A stretch of 49,684 nt of DNA from an uncultured Candidatus Poseidoniales archaeon (GCA_964556195.1 CAZKVK010000002.1:5054-54737), one strand, 5' to 3'; shown: positions 29,772 to 40,130, numbered from the stretch's first letter. Notes: a model not told the origin generated them from the sequence alone. A program made the numbers and translations.

Positions 29772-29786
29772 ATTCAGGAAATCCTC
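29754..29786. terminator. Bulged hairpin spanning the ctaB stop
   Basis: GAGGATTT pairs with AAATCCTC and encloses the palindrome CCTGAATTCAGG. Confidence 0.35.
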
Positions 29787-29845
29787 AAACGCCTGCCCGC
29801 CTGTTCGACATCCGTAATACGCGTTAAGCGGCTGGAGGGGCAAGG

Positions 29846-31105
29846 ATGAATGAGCGAGAACTCATCTATGATTGGAATGTCATAGACTACGAAATTAAGC
29901 GTGATCCTGCGAACCACCCGCATGACGTTTGGTTTGATGACGAGACCCTCCGTGACGGACTACAAAGCCCCAGCGCGAGGAATCCAACGATTGAACAGAA
30001 AATCGAATTAATCGATTACATGGAGCGTCTTGGAATTCAGAAAGTAGACCTCGGTCTCCCCGGTGCTGGCCCATTCCATGTGAATCACATTGATGCGATG
30101 CTCTCCCATATGGGTGAGAATGATTACGACTTGAGACCAGGTTGTGCGGTTCGAACCGTTGTTGGAGATATCGAACCGCTGGTTGATTTGCAAGCCAAGC
30201 ACGAGAGGCAAATTCAGGCCAGTGCTTTCCTTGGAACTAGTCCAATTAGACAATTTGCAGAGGGTTGGACGATGGAACGTATCCTCAACACAGCTGAGAA
30301 AGCTGTTACTTTTGCGGTTGACAACGATATTCCTGTGATGTTCGTCACCGAGGATACTACCCGTTCAAAACCGGAAGAAATCAAAGCGGTGTACACAAGA
30401 GCAATCGAATTGGGTGCTGACAGGATTTGTGTTTGTGATACCTGTGGCCATGTGACCCCCAACGGTGTACGAAAATTGCTTACCTTCATTCAGGACGAAG
30501 TTATTCCAGACGCAGGAGTAAAGCGTAGAGATATCGAAGTTAATTGGCACGGCCATCAAGACAGAGGTTTGGGGGTTGCAAACAATCTCGCTGCTGTTGA
30601 GGTTGGTGCAGATGTGATACACGGAACTGCATTAGGTGTAGGTGAAAGAGCAGGAAATGCTCCGCTGGACCAGACCCTAGTCAACCTCTCTCTGATGGGA
30701 GTCATCGAAAACGACTTAACCGCCCTTAACGAATACATGAGAAAGGCGCATGAGTACGTCGAAGTTGCTCTACCCAGGAATTACCCCGTCTTTGGAGAAG
30801 ACGCTTTTGAAACTGGAACCGGAGTACACGCTAGCGCTGTAATCAAGGCAATGAAAAAGGGAGACAATTGGCTTGCAGACCGTGTATATTCAGGCGTGCC
30901 TGCTCAGGATTATGGACTTCAGCAGGTTATACGAATTGGACACATGAGTGGACGTTCAAACATCATCTGGTGGCTGGAACAACATGGATACGAAGCGGAT
31001 GATGATTTGGTTGCTCATATGTTTGAAGTAGCCAAAAATCAACGTCGATTGATGAGTGACGATGAAGTTCATCGGGAAATCTCGGAATACAAGCAAAACA
31101 ACTGA
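29846..31105 (+). CDS. DRE-TIM acyltransferase, LeuA/homocitrate/citramalate synthase family, no regulatory domain
   Basis: DETLRDGLQ, EDTTRS, HGHQDRG, GVGERAGNA and GHMSGR motifs; ends at 419 aa. Confidence 0.88.
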   Translation: MNERELIYDWNVIDYEIKRDPANHPHDVWFDDETLRDGLQSPSARNPTIEQKIELIDYMERLGIQKVDLGLPGAGPFHVNHIDAMLSHMGENDYDLRPGCAVRTVVGDIEPLVDLQAKHERQIQASAFLGTSPIRQFAEGWTMERILNTAEKAVTFAVDNDIPVMFVTEDTTRSKPEEIKAVYTRAIELGADRICVCDTCGHVTPNGVRKLLTFIQDEVIPDAGVKRRDIEVNWHGHQDRGLGVANNLAAVEVGADVIHGTALGVGERAGNAPLDQTLVNLSLMGVIENDLTALNEYMRKAHEYVEVALPRNYPVFGEDAFETGTGVHASAVIKAMKKGDNWLADRVYSGVPAQDYGLQQVIRIGHMSGRSNIIWWLEQHGYEADDDLVAHMFEVAKNQRRLMSDDEVHREISEYKQNN

Positions 31106-31185
31106 TTACATAGTGATTTGAGACGATGCGATAATCACCCATGCATCGGCAACGGCTAAAACCCCTACAATATCGAACACGACCC

Positions 31186-34100
31186 ATGCGTACGACAGCC
31201 ATGGTTCTTGTTCTGATGCTTGTATCACCTGTCGCCGCAACGATTGGTGGAGAACAAAATCTAGACATTGACTTTGAAATAAATGGAGAAGAAATTCTGC
31301 CAACTTATTCTAGAGCAGTCCAATTAGCCTTCGATAGAGTGGAAAATCTCGATCAGTATACGGAAGACGATATATCCCAAACAAACCATTGGTTGATTGT
31401 AACACAAATCCCTATCGAGAAACATTCTCTCACTTTAGCGAAGCCACAATTTGTTGAGCCAGCGCCGATACTTAGGGGAGCATATATTTGGTATTTTGAT
31501 AATCCATTAGAGGTTATTGACGATCTTGAAATGTTATTCCAAATTGGGCAAATAGAATCTTATTCCCCATTAGTAGAGCGTAAACAATTTCCTAGAGACA
31601 ATCCAAATGATCCTGAATTTCCCTCCCAATGGCATCTTGAAAATACAGGGCAAACGGGGGGGCTCAGTGGAGAGGATATCAATGCCACAGATGTATGGGA
31701 CAATTATCGCGGTGAAGGTGTGATAATCAGCATAGTCGATGATGGTTTAGACCACCAGCATCCTGACATTATCGATAACTACGATGCAAACTACTCTTAC
31801 GATTGGTGTAACGACGATACCGATCCCGCTCCAGATGCTTGGAATGGTCACGGTACCGCTGCCGCAGGTGTTGCCGCAGCGGTTGGGAATAACTCGCTAT
31901 ATGTGTCAGGAGCCGCTTGGGAGGCTACACTTGGTGGCTCTACCTTGATTGCATGTTGGGCAGGTGACAGTACGGAAGCCGATGCTTTATCCTTCGAGAA
32001 CGATGATATCGATGTTTACTCCAATTCTTGGGGACCATCGGATGATGGTTCCACACTATCTGGACCAGGGCCACTTACGCTAGCCGCTTTTGAGGAAGAT
32101 GCCTACAATGGGAGGAAAGGACTAGGCAATTCCATTACATGGGCTGCAGGTAATGGGTTAGGAAGTGATGATGATGCCAACAAAGATGGTTATGCGAACA
32201 GCCGATTTACCATTGCAGTAACCGCAATCTCTCACGACGGAGAACAATCATACTATGCGGAACCTGGTGCAAATATCCTCGTTGCAGCTCACTCAAATGG
32301 CGATGGTGAGGGAATAACCACCACCGACATAGTAGGAAGTGGAGGCTACAACGGTAGCGGAAATGTCACCCATACATTCGGAGGAACCTCCAGTGCCACA
32401 CCGTTAGCGGCCGGAGTAATCGCACTGATGTACGACGCCAATCCATTTTTGACCTGGCGCGATGTTCAGGAGATTTTAGTCCAAACTTCACGAATGAACG
32501 ACCCTAACGATTCTTCTTGGAACACTAATGGAGCGGGTCATGATGTCTCTCACAAGTATGGATTTGGTGCAGTAGATGCCGGAGCGGCAGTGTCCATGGC
32601 GTTGAATTGGACAACTCTAGATCAGGAAATTAACTCAACCTATGGGCCGTATTTGCCAAACTTTGACATTCCAGATGGAAATCAGTCCTGGAGCGAATTT
32701 CCAATCACTGTAACCACCGAACTGTCGATAGAAAGTGTAGACGTTATTGTAGATATCAACCACACTTACCGTGGTGACTTAGACATTGTATTGCAATCAC
32801 CAGATGGAACTGAATCGTGGTTGGCGGTAAGTAACGGCGATAGTAACGACGACTATTCTGATTGGCTATTCAATACCGTCCATCATTGGGGAGAATCAAG
32901 TGTTGGAGTTTGGACTCTGAAGGTTCGAGATTCGCCGAGTGCCGGCGCCGGGGGAAGTGGTACCCTGAATTCATGGGAATTAATTTTCCATGGAGTGGAT
33001 AATGATTGGGATCATGACGATGATGGCCTCTCCGATGAAAATGAAACTCAAATTTGGGGAACAGACCCCTATGATGCTGATTCCGACGATGATGGGTTGT
33101 CTGATTATGATGAGGTGATGATTCACGGAACCAACCCTCTAGCAAGTGATTCCGACACAGATGGATTAACCGATCTTCAAGAAATTTTCAACTACGCAAC
33201 AAATCCAATGAATTCAGATAGCGATAATGACGGGCTATCAGATGGAGTAGAAGTAAATTATTGGGGAACAGATCCTTTGGATTACGACCCTGATACAGAC
33301 AATGACTTATTCTATCATTTCCAAGATTGTAATGACAATAATCCGGATGTCAATCCGGGCACATACGAGAGATTGAATGGAATTGATGATGATTGTGACG
33401 ACTTCACAGATGAAGGATTCAACTTTACCGATAGGGACTCAGATGGACTTCTGGATTGGCCGGAATATCATATTCATGGAACGGATTTCGAAGACCCTGA
33501 CACCGATGATGATGGCTTGGATGACGGTATCGAAATAGAAACCCACGGCTCTGATCCTCTGACTTATGATCCGGATGCCGATGGAGATGGATACCATTGG
33601 TTCCTAGATTGTGACGATGAAGACGAATATCGCAATCCGGCCCTACCTGAATTACTTGACAACAAAGACAATGATTGTGACCTTGTAATCGATGATGGAT
33701 TCTGGGATTTAGATTCGGATTCAGATGGACTAGATGATTACGAAGAATATCACAACATCACAAGTAACCCATATGATGGCGATACCGATGATGATGGATT
33801 GCCCGACGGGCTAGAGGTAAACACGTACGGTTCGAATCCTCTATGGGCTGACCCAGACGATGATGGAGATGGTTGGTATTGGTTCCAAGATTGTCAGGAT
33901 GATGATGCTGAGAGGGCCCCCCTACTGTCCGAATCCTTAGATGCAAAGGACAATGATTGTGATGATGAAATAGACGAAGACTTCCGTGCTCTTGATTCAG
34001 ATCAAGATGGTCTATGGGATTACGATGAGTTCCACAATCTATCCACTAATCCAAACGACTTCGATTCGGATGATGATGGATTGAGTGATGGAAAGGAAGT

Positions 34101-34959
34101 CAAGGAGATGGGCTCGGACCCATTAGTCTTCGATCATGATCGTGATGAAGACGGATTCTATGCCTTCGAAGATTGTGAGGATTTGATTGAAACAATCAAC
34201 CCAGATGCAAGCGAGACGTGGAACGGATGGGATGATGATTGCAACGACATCGTCGATGATTCCTTGAATCGAGCGGACCTAATCCAATCATCCCCTAGCA
34301 AAACCAGTATTCTATATTGGGATTCTGTAAATGAGACTCTGCGTATCGACATCCAAGGCATTCCAAATACAGTTAGTAAGGTAATCGTCTGGGAGATGGA
34401 AGGGGTAATTTTGTCGGGCAATTTGAGTGAAAACGGCCAGACCTTGATTGTGGAGGAAATCGATTGCAAATCGAAAGATTGGCAATTAGCAGAAATTCTC
34501 TGCTCGGAACGCAGTGGAATGCGAGAACTAAATGTCACAATAACAGATTCTGGAATTGAAACTACACTACAATTGATGGTCGATGTAGAGGTTTACATCC
34601 CACCCCTAACTTTGATTGAATCTTTGTTCTCATTCCTTGGTTCCACTTCGGGAATTGTTGTGGTTCTTGTGATTATTCTAGCTCTTGTTGGAGGAGTGGC
34701 TTTTGCTGGGATGAAGATTAGAGAGAACAGAATGATAGCCGAGGCTTATGCTGAATTCAGAGTAAACCAAAACCCCCCAGGTGTGACTCCCGAGCATCGA
34801 GGTGCTGAACTCCCTGCTGCCCCCGATCTAAGTGCCCTATTGAGTCAGCACAGTGACAATAATCCTCCTTTGGAAGAATCTATTCCGATGCTTGAATCGA
34901 CTGTAGTCACAGTTGATGCTACTCCTGTAATCAATGAAGATTTATTCGAAGAAGAATGA
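31186..34959 (+). CDS. Kexin/furin-like S8 peptidase with P domain, acidic Ca-binding repeats and C-terminal TM anchor
   Basis: Catalytic VDDG, HGT and GTSSATP, oxyanion AAGN, SNSWGPSDDG, LTWRDVQ; P domain HTYRGDL...HWGESSVGVWTL; signal peptide and TM helix. Confidence 0.93.
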   Translation: MRTTAMVLVLMLVSPVAATIGGEQNLDIDFEINGEEILPTYSRAVQLAFDRVENLDQYTEDDISQTNHWLIVTQIPIEKHSLTLAKPQFVEPAPILRGAYIWYFDNPLEVIDDLEMLFQIGQIESYSPLVERKQFPRDNPNDPEFPSQWHLENTGQTGGLSGEDINATDVWDNYRGEGVIISIVDDGLDHQHPDIIDNYDANYSYDWCNDDTDPAPDAWNGHGTAAAGVAAAVGNNSLYVSGAAWEATLGGSTLIACWAGDSTEADALSFENDDIDVYSNSWGPSDDGSTLSGPGPLTLAAFEEDAYNGRKGLGNSITWAAGNGLGSDDDANKDGYANSRFTIAVTAISHDGEQSYYAEPGANILVAAHSNGDGEGITTTDIVGSGGYNGSGNVTHTFGGTSSATPLAAGVIALMYDANPFLTWRDVQEILVQTSRMNDPNDSSWNTNGAGHDVSHKYGFGAVDAGAAVSMALNWTTLDQEINSTYGPYLPNFDIPDGNQSWSEFPITVTTELSIESVDVIVDINHTYRGDLDIVLQSPDGTESWLAVSNGDSNDDYSDWLFNTVHHWGESSVGVWTLKVRDSPSAGAGGSGTLNSWELIFHGVDNDWDHDDDGLSDENETQIWGTDPYDADSDDDGLSDYDEVMIHGTNPLASDSDTDGLTDLQEIFNYATNPMNSDSDNDGLSDGVEVNYWGTDPLDYDPDTDNDLFYHFQDCNDNNPDVNPGTYERLNGIDDDCDDFTDEGFNFTDRDSDGLLDWPEYHIHGTDFEDPDTDDDGLDDGIEIETHGSDPLTYDPDADGDGYHWFLDCDDEDEYRNPALPELLDNKDNDCDLVIDDGFWDLDSDSDGLDDYEEYHNITSNPYDGDTDDDGLPDGLEVNTYGSNPLWADPDDDGDGWYWFQDCQDDDAERAPLLSESLDAKDNDCDDEIDEDFRALDSDQDGLWDYDEFHNLSTNPNDFDSDDDGLSDGKEVKEMGSDPLVFDHDRDEDGFYAFEDCEDLIETINPDASETWNGWDDDCNDIVDDSLNRADLIQSSPSKTSILYWDSVNETLRIDIQGIPNTVSKVIVWEMEGVILSGNLSENGQTLIVEEIDCKSKDWQLAEILCSERSGMRELNVTITDSGIETTLQLMVDVEVYIPPLTLIESLFSFLGSTSGIVVVLVIILALVGGVAFAGMKIRENRMIAEAYAEFRVNQNPPGVTPEHRGAELPAAPDLSALLSQHSDNNPPLEESIPMLESTVVTVDATPVINEDLFEEE
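33010..34260 (+). repeat. Intragenic Asp-rich repeats: DxDxDGLxDxxE units interleaved with four DCxD...P...E...DxDCD units
   Basis: Visible in the translation as a roughly 95-aa super-repeat; boundaries approximate. Confidence 0.85.
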
Positions 34960-34962
34960 AAT

Positions 34963-36330
34963 TCAGGCCTCATCTGCCTCTTCTTCAGCAGCCGAGGGTA
35001 TATTTTCACCCCATTCTGCATCCGGTGAGCCACCTTCCCACTCTCCTTCAACTGAGATGTCCTCAATTTCGTCGTCCTCACGCCATGGAGGTTCGCCATC
35101 GGCACCGCTTAACACTAACACACCTTCATCGTCTAGACGTCTCTTTACCGTCTTGACTCCTTTTGAAATTGGTAGTAAGTGCCCTATTGGAGTTCCAGTA
35201 GTTACGAATGGATGGGTTGCGATACAAATCAAAAGTCCATCGGTAGGCGAGCGTATTTCCATTGAAACGCCTGGATGTTCTGGGTCTGATACAGTAGCCA
35301 CCAATTCATTCTCTTCCACCCAAGAACCAGCTGGAGTCAAAACATCTAGTAGGCCACCGTAATCGGAGCGAATCCAAACCGAACCAGAAGCGAGTAGCCG
35401 AAATCGTGGTCGACTAGAATAACCTGGAATCACCTTGAGGCTTCTCAACACATTGAGGACTCCATACATAGCAATCTGGATAGATTCAGGGTCTGCCTCA
35501 TCGGCTCCGCCGCCTTCATAGGTTATGCAACTGATTCCATGATCGTCGGAGGTTCTTCTGAGGGAGCCTTTTGGTCCCTCACTGTCTAGAATTACTTCGA
35601 TGCCGAAGGAACGAGCTACTCGATTACTAGCTGGATTAGCCAAATTAGCCCGAATTTGGGGCATATTTGTGCGACCCAATGCAGCGGTGTGTAGGTCGAG
35701 GATATGGTCGGAATTGGAAAATATCTCATTCCACAATCTGTTTGCTACCCTAGATGTTGTGTTCGAATCATCCTTGCCCGGGAAGAAACGATTGAGGTCT
35801 CTACCGTCTGTCATGTATCTGCTTCGGCGACGGTATCCCGGCATATTCACAATTGGAATAATTCGAATGGTTCCTGCAACCGTGGTAGGATCTATTGGCT
35901 TATCCTCTCCCAAGATCGCATGCGATTGTAAGTAGGTCAATGCTAAGGGGCCGACTAATTCGTTACCGTGAAGTGCTCCGATTAAGGTAATCACTGGTCC
36001 TGGCCGAGAACCATGAATTACGGTAATTGGGATTGGCCAAGATTCCCCAATTTCTACGTCCATTAAGTCGTATTCTATTTGTCTAATTGTTCCGGGTTTC
36101 ACAAGCTTGCGACCAATTCGATGTGATTTCCAGCCACTAGCACGTGACCATGATTTCGGAGTACTGCTAGGCTCTTCCAAGGCTTTTTCAATCTCTTTCC
36201 TACGCCTGGTTGGGATTTGATTTGAGACTTTTATTGGCTGATGGCGGCGCCTCTTTGCCCTTGAAACTCGAACGTTCCCGTCATCTTTTTTGGATGACTT
36301 AGGTGTCTCTTCGGAATCCACCAATACCAC
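34963..36330 (-). CDS. Succinylglutamate desuccinylase/aspartoacylase family protein (M14-like)
   Basis: GALHGNE, RDLNRFFPG, LDLHT and TYEGG motifs; basic N-terminal extension and acidic tail. Confidence 0.9.
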   Translation of the reverse strand: MVLVDSEETPKSSKKDDGNVRVSRAKRRRHQPIKVSNQIPTRRRKEIEKALEEPSSTPKSWSRASGWKSHRIGRKLVKPGTIRQIEYDLMDVEIGESWPIPITVIHGSRPGPVITLIGALHGNELVGPLALTYLQSHAILGEDKPIDPTTVAGTIRIIPIVNMPGYRRRSRYMTDGRDLNRFFPGKDDSNTTSRVANRLWNEIFSNSDHILDLHTAALGRTNMPQIRANLANPASNRVARSFGIEVILDSEGPKGSLRRTSDDHGISCITYEGGGADEADPESIQIAMYGVLNVLRSLKVIPGYSSRPRFRLLASGSVWIRSDYGGLLDVLTPAGSWVEENELVATVSDPEHPGVSMEIRSPTDGLLICIATHPFVTTGTPIGHLLPISKGVKTVKRRLDDEGVLVLSGADGEPPWREDDEIEDISVEGEWEGGSPDAEWGENIPSAAEEEADEA

Positions 36331-36434
36331 GCTGTGGAGTCAACCAAATAAGAGGATTAGGATACAGGGATTGAGTGAAATTTACATGTATTCTTGGGTA
36401 ATTGTTGTATTCCACTTATTCTGTCGAATAGACA

Positions 36435-36911
36435 ATGAGCGCGGCACAGGAGTCCTCAGTTCAGGAATTACATGCTCCAAATAGCATCTGTTTTGGTTGT
36501 GGTCCGGCAAACTCAGAAGGTCTGCGGATTCGCTCTTTCAGGAGCGAAAATGGCCTACAAATGAAATTTAATCCCTTATCTGAGCACCAAGCATTTCCGG
36601 GTATGATAAACGGGGGGATAATTGGAGCATTGATGGATTGTCATGGTAATTGGACTGCTTCAATCGCACTAATGGATCAATCAGGGGATTCTGAACCCCC
36701 ATGCACAGTTACCGCGAATTATAGTATCAAACTTCGCAGACCCACTCCTTTCGGACATGAACTACACGTAACCGGTGAGGTCACAGAATTGGCCGATGAT
36801 CGAGCCAAAGTAAAGATGGAATTACGCGCTGATGGGAATATATGTGCCATTGGAGAAGGTCTGTTTGTTGCCGTGAAAGAAGGGCACCCGGCTTATCATC
36901 GATGGAATTAG
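36435..36911 (+). CDS. PaaI-family hotdog thioesterase
   Basis: CFGCGPAN..GL, GMINGGIIGALMD and VTANYSIKLRRPTP motifs. Confidence 0.88.
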   Translation: MSAAQESSVQELHAPNSICFGCGPANSEGLRIRSFRSENGLQMKFNPLSEHQAFPGMINGGIIGALMDCHGNWTASIALMDQSGDSEPPCTVTANYSIKLRRPTPFGHELHVTGEVTELADDRAKVKMELRADGNICAIGEGLFVAVKEGHPAYHRWN

Positions 36912-36950
36912 ATTCGGTATCCTTTAGAACGGCGGATTCTAAGTCAAAAC

Positions 36951-39503
36951 GTGGCAGTAGACGAAGACCTTCCAGAGGTAAGTCTCGCAGACTTGGAAGT
37001 TGATGAAAGAATCATCGAGTACCTTCGGTCTGAATGGGGTATTGAGGAGCTCTTTCCCCCTCAACGTGAAGCCCTACCTTACGCACTCGCCGGGCACAAT
37101 GTAATGCTCACAATACCTACTGCTAGCGGAAAATCATTAGTTGCACACCTGACAATGATTCAACGGTTAATTTCAGACCTAAATGGAGCAAGGGGGCTGT
37201 ATATCGTTCCACTGAAAGCGTTGGCCTCGGAGAAAGTCGAGGAATTACAAGAATTGGCCAGTTTGGTCGGACTTAGGGTAGGTATCGCAATTGGAGATAG
37301 GAGTGGAGAGGCCAGTAGTATTGATGACTCGGATATTCTCGTTTGCACGAGTGAGAAACTCGATTCAATATTACGAACTCGTGATGGAGTAATGGAAAAA
37401 ATTGGTGTAGTTGTAGCTGATGAATTCCATCTGCTACACGATATATCTAGAGGGCCAACTTTGGAAGTTCTTCTTTCCAGAATTCGCCACTCTCAACCCG
37501 AAGCCCAACTCATTGCTCTCTCGGCAACGGTTGGGAATTCTCAAGAGATGGCAGATTGGTTAGATGCTAAACTGATACAATCCAATTGGAGACCGATACA
37601 ACTTCACTCTGGAACTTTGACTGGACTAAATGTGAAAATTCACCGTATTGATGGTCCCGACCATGTCGAATGGCCAGAACCTAGAATGATTGAAGGAAGG
37701 ACCACAAAACGGCTGCAAGCAGTTCTGGATGATTCATTTTCAACTGGAGGACAAATGCTGGTATTCGTAAACTCTAGAGCATCCGCACAGAAAGAAGCCC
37801 GAGAGTTGTCCAAACACATTAGAAAACATATTACCGATGATTCGATGAAGTATGATGCTGAACTAATCGATAAATGGGATAAAATTGCTGAACTAATGAC
37901 TCGTCGAGAGGATACTTCTGTTATGGGAAGATCACTTGCACAGGCAATTAGAGGAGGGGTGGCTTTCCACCACGCTGGACTAACTCATACTCAACGAAAG
38001 ACTGTGGAAGAGGCGTTTAGGGAGGGAACATTGCTAGCGATTGTGGCAACACCAACCCTTGCACAGGGAGTAAATCTACCAGCGAGAAGAGTAATCATTC
38101 GAGATCATCGCAGATGGAGTTCTATTGGCGGAGGTTCGATGCCTCTTCCAGTTATGGAAATACGCCAGATGTTGGGGAGAGCTGGAAGACCAAAATTTGA
38201 CGATTCGGGTGATGCATGGATACTGGCCAAAGACGAGGATGATGAATTGAATATCGTTGAATTGTATATGCTTAGTGAACCTGAAGAAGTTACCTCGAAA
38301 TTGGCTAATCCTTCGGCAATTCGTGCTGAAGAGGACCCCGCACTGCTGACCCATCTTCTTTCGATTGTGGCTACAGGAGGAATACGAGATAGGGACTCAG
38401 TATCACGATTCTTTGACCGAACTTTCCTAGCTACTCACATGGATGAACAAAGTTTAGAAGCACGTCTCGACGATGTTATTGGCTGGTTGGCTGAAAATGG
38501 AATGATTACTAGAGAAGGTGAATCTGATGAGGTCTTATCAAGAATTAAGGGAAGAGAGAACTCAACATCTGAGACAGAAGATTGGCAAGATGAAATGCCT
38601 CAATGGGCAAAGACGGGACAAAGTGTACCTGGCTTAGAGATATCAAAATCAGAAATCGAATCTCCTACTACACTATCTCCTAGGAAAGGGCCGGCAATCT
38701 TCGGATTTGCAAGAGCTAGTCAACGGATTACTAGTGAGCCGAGTCTTCCTGACCCTGCCTCGATGACATACACCTCCACGGCTCTTGGGCATCGTGTTGC
38801 TAGATTGTATCTCAATCCAATTTCTGGTAGAATGATACACGATGGAATGCAAAGAGCCATGAGAATAATGATTGGAACCGACGATGTACACCAACTATCC
38901 CCAATGAGTTTGCTCCACCTAGTAGCTTGCACTCCAGATTTCTTAGCCCTTTGGCCAAGAAAGGAAGAGGCCGAAAGAATCCATGCAGCCATCCATTCTC
39001 ACCAGCGTGAGTTCCTCACAGAAGCAGTTGATGCTGACATAGAACGTAGAATGAAGGGCGTTTTGGTGCTTGAGGATTGGATTAATGAAGCGAGGATGGA
39101 GGATCTCGAAAATAATTGGAATGTTCAACCAGGAGATGTACGAAGCCGAGTTGATTTGGCCGAATGGTTACTTTATGCCATGAGAGAAATTCTCAACGAT
39201 GATGACGAGTTGAAGCAATTGGACCCCTCACAACACAAGGTCCTAGTCGATTTGGTTAGCGAATTACACAGAAGAGTTAGGCATGGATGTAAAGCAGATC
39301 TACTAGGCTTGGTTACAATTAGAGGAATTGGTCGGACAAGGGCTAGAGAGATGGCTGATTTACTAGGCGTTGAGAACGCCTCAGATATCGCTTCTTTGAC
39401 CGGGAAGGACAGAGAGAATCTCGCAAGTCTCAGAGGTTGGAGTATTCGCTTGGTTGACAATTTGGTAGAGGCTGCAGCTAGATCGATAAGGCGACAAGGC
39501 TGA
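36951..39503 (+). CDS. hel308: Ski2-like DNA helicase Hel308/Hjm
   Basis: PTASGKS, PLKALA, DEFH, SAT, FHHAGL, TPTLAQGVNLPA, QMLGRAGRP and C-terminal HhH GIGRTRAR. Confidence 0.94.
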   Translation: MAVDEDLPEVSLADLEVDERIIEYLRSEWGIEELFPPQREALPYALAGHNVMLTIPTASGKSLVAHLTMIQRLISDLNGARGLYIVPLKALASEKVEELQELASLVGLRVGIAIGDRSGEASSIDDSDILVCTSEKLDSILRTRDGVMEKIGVVVADEFHLLHDISRGPTLEVLLSRIRHSQPEAQLIALSATVGNSQEMADWLDAKLIQSNWRPIQLHSGTLTGLNVKIHRIDGPDHVEWPEPRMIEGRTTKRLQAVLDDSFSTGGQMLVFVNSRASAQKEARELSKHIRKHITDDSMKYDAELIDKWDKIAELMTRREDTSVMGRSLAQAIRGGVAFHHAGLTHTQRKTVEEAFREGTLLAIVATPTLAQGVNLPARRVIIRDHRRWSSIGGGSMPLPVMEIRQMLGRAGRPKFDDSGDAWILAKDEDDELNIVELYMLSEPEEVTSKLANPSAIRAEEDPALLTHLLSIVATGGIRDRDSVSRFFDRTFLATHMDEQSLEARLDDVIGWLAENGMITREGESDEVLSRIKGRENSTSETEDWQDEMPQWAKTGQSVPGLEISKSEIESPTTLSPRKGPAIFGFARASQRITSEPSLPDPASMTYTSTALGHRVARLYLNPISGRMIHDGMQRAMRIMIGTDDVHQLSPMSLLHLVACTPDFLALWPRKEEAERIHAAIHSHQREFLTEAVDADIERRMKGVLVLEDWINEARMEDLENNWNVQPGDVRSRVDLAEWLLYAMREILNDDDELKQLDPSQHKVLVDLVSELHRRVRHGCKADLLGLVTIRGIGRTRAREMADLLGVENASDIASLTGKDRENLASLRGWSIRLVDNLVEAAARSIRRQG

Positions 39504-39539
39504 CCTGAACAATTCATCAATCAGACCCCATCGGAAAGC

Positions 39540-40130
39540 ATGGCTGAGGACCATAGAGTGCCTTGGTTCCCCGCCTGGGGGATACGATTTCCTGAGCCAT
39601 TGGATGACCTACAAAATGTAATTTCAATCTTCAATGAATGGCGACCAAATCAACGCTGGTTGTTACTCTCCTACTCCGCCGCGGCTAGCGAGGTTCATCT
39701 ATGGACGGTCTGGCATGCTCTACGAAGAAAGGAATTACGTGATTCAATGGTTGGCAATAATGTCGACACCGAGTTTCTGCGATTGATATCAGGCACTCAT
39801 CAAATACGAATTGCTTTCGAGCGTGCTGGACTAATGCAAGGTGATGAAACCGCTTGGATTGTCTATCTTCCAGAATTCGGAACAGAGGACCCGTTTACAA
39901 GCGAAGGTGATACTTCCTTGGAAATTCCCAGAAGCACGTACAATGATGCCACTAAAGAGGCAAATAGGTTGATGCTTCACCTCAAATCCAATCTCGTAAC
40001 TGAGAGACCAATACCAACTACCAATGGACTGCAAAGATTAGGATATGAATATGATATTCAAGATTCCACTCCATTGGAGCTTGAATCTGCGTTTATGTTA
40101 CACGCAGCTATGGCAGATATGAGCACTTGA
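39540..40130 (+). CDS. cgi121: KEOPS subunit Cgi121-like protein
   Basis: EFLRLISGTHQIRIAFERAG matches the Cgi121 core; position after hel308 is a known euryarchaeal linkage. Confidence 0.72.
   Translation: MAEDHRVPWFPAWGIRFPEPLDDLQNVISIFNEWRPNQRWLLLSYSAAASEVHLWTVWHALRRKELRDSMVGNNVDTEFLRLISGTHQIRIAFERAGLMQGDETAWIVYLPEFGTEDPFTSEGDTSLEIPRSTYNDATKEANRLMLHLKSNLVTERPIPTTNGLQRLGYEYDIQDSTPLELESAFMLHAAMADMST

Noticed and set aside
38514-38766. Possible intein in Hel308
   Set aside because: No Cys/Ser start with His-Asn end and no splicing blocks.
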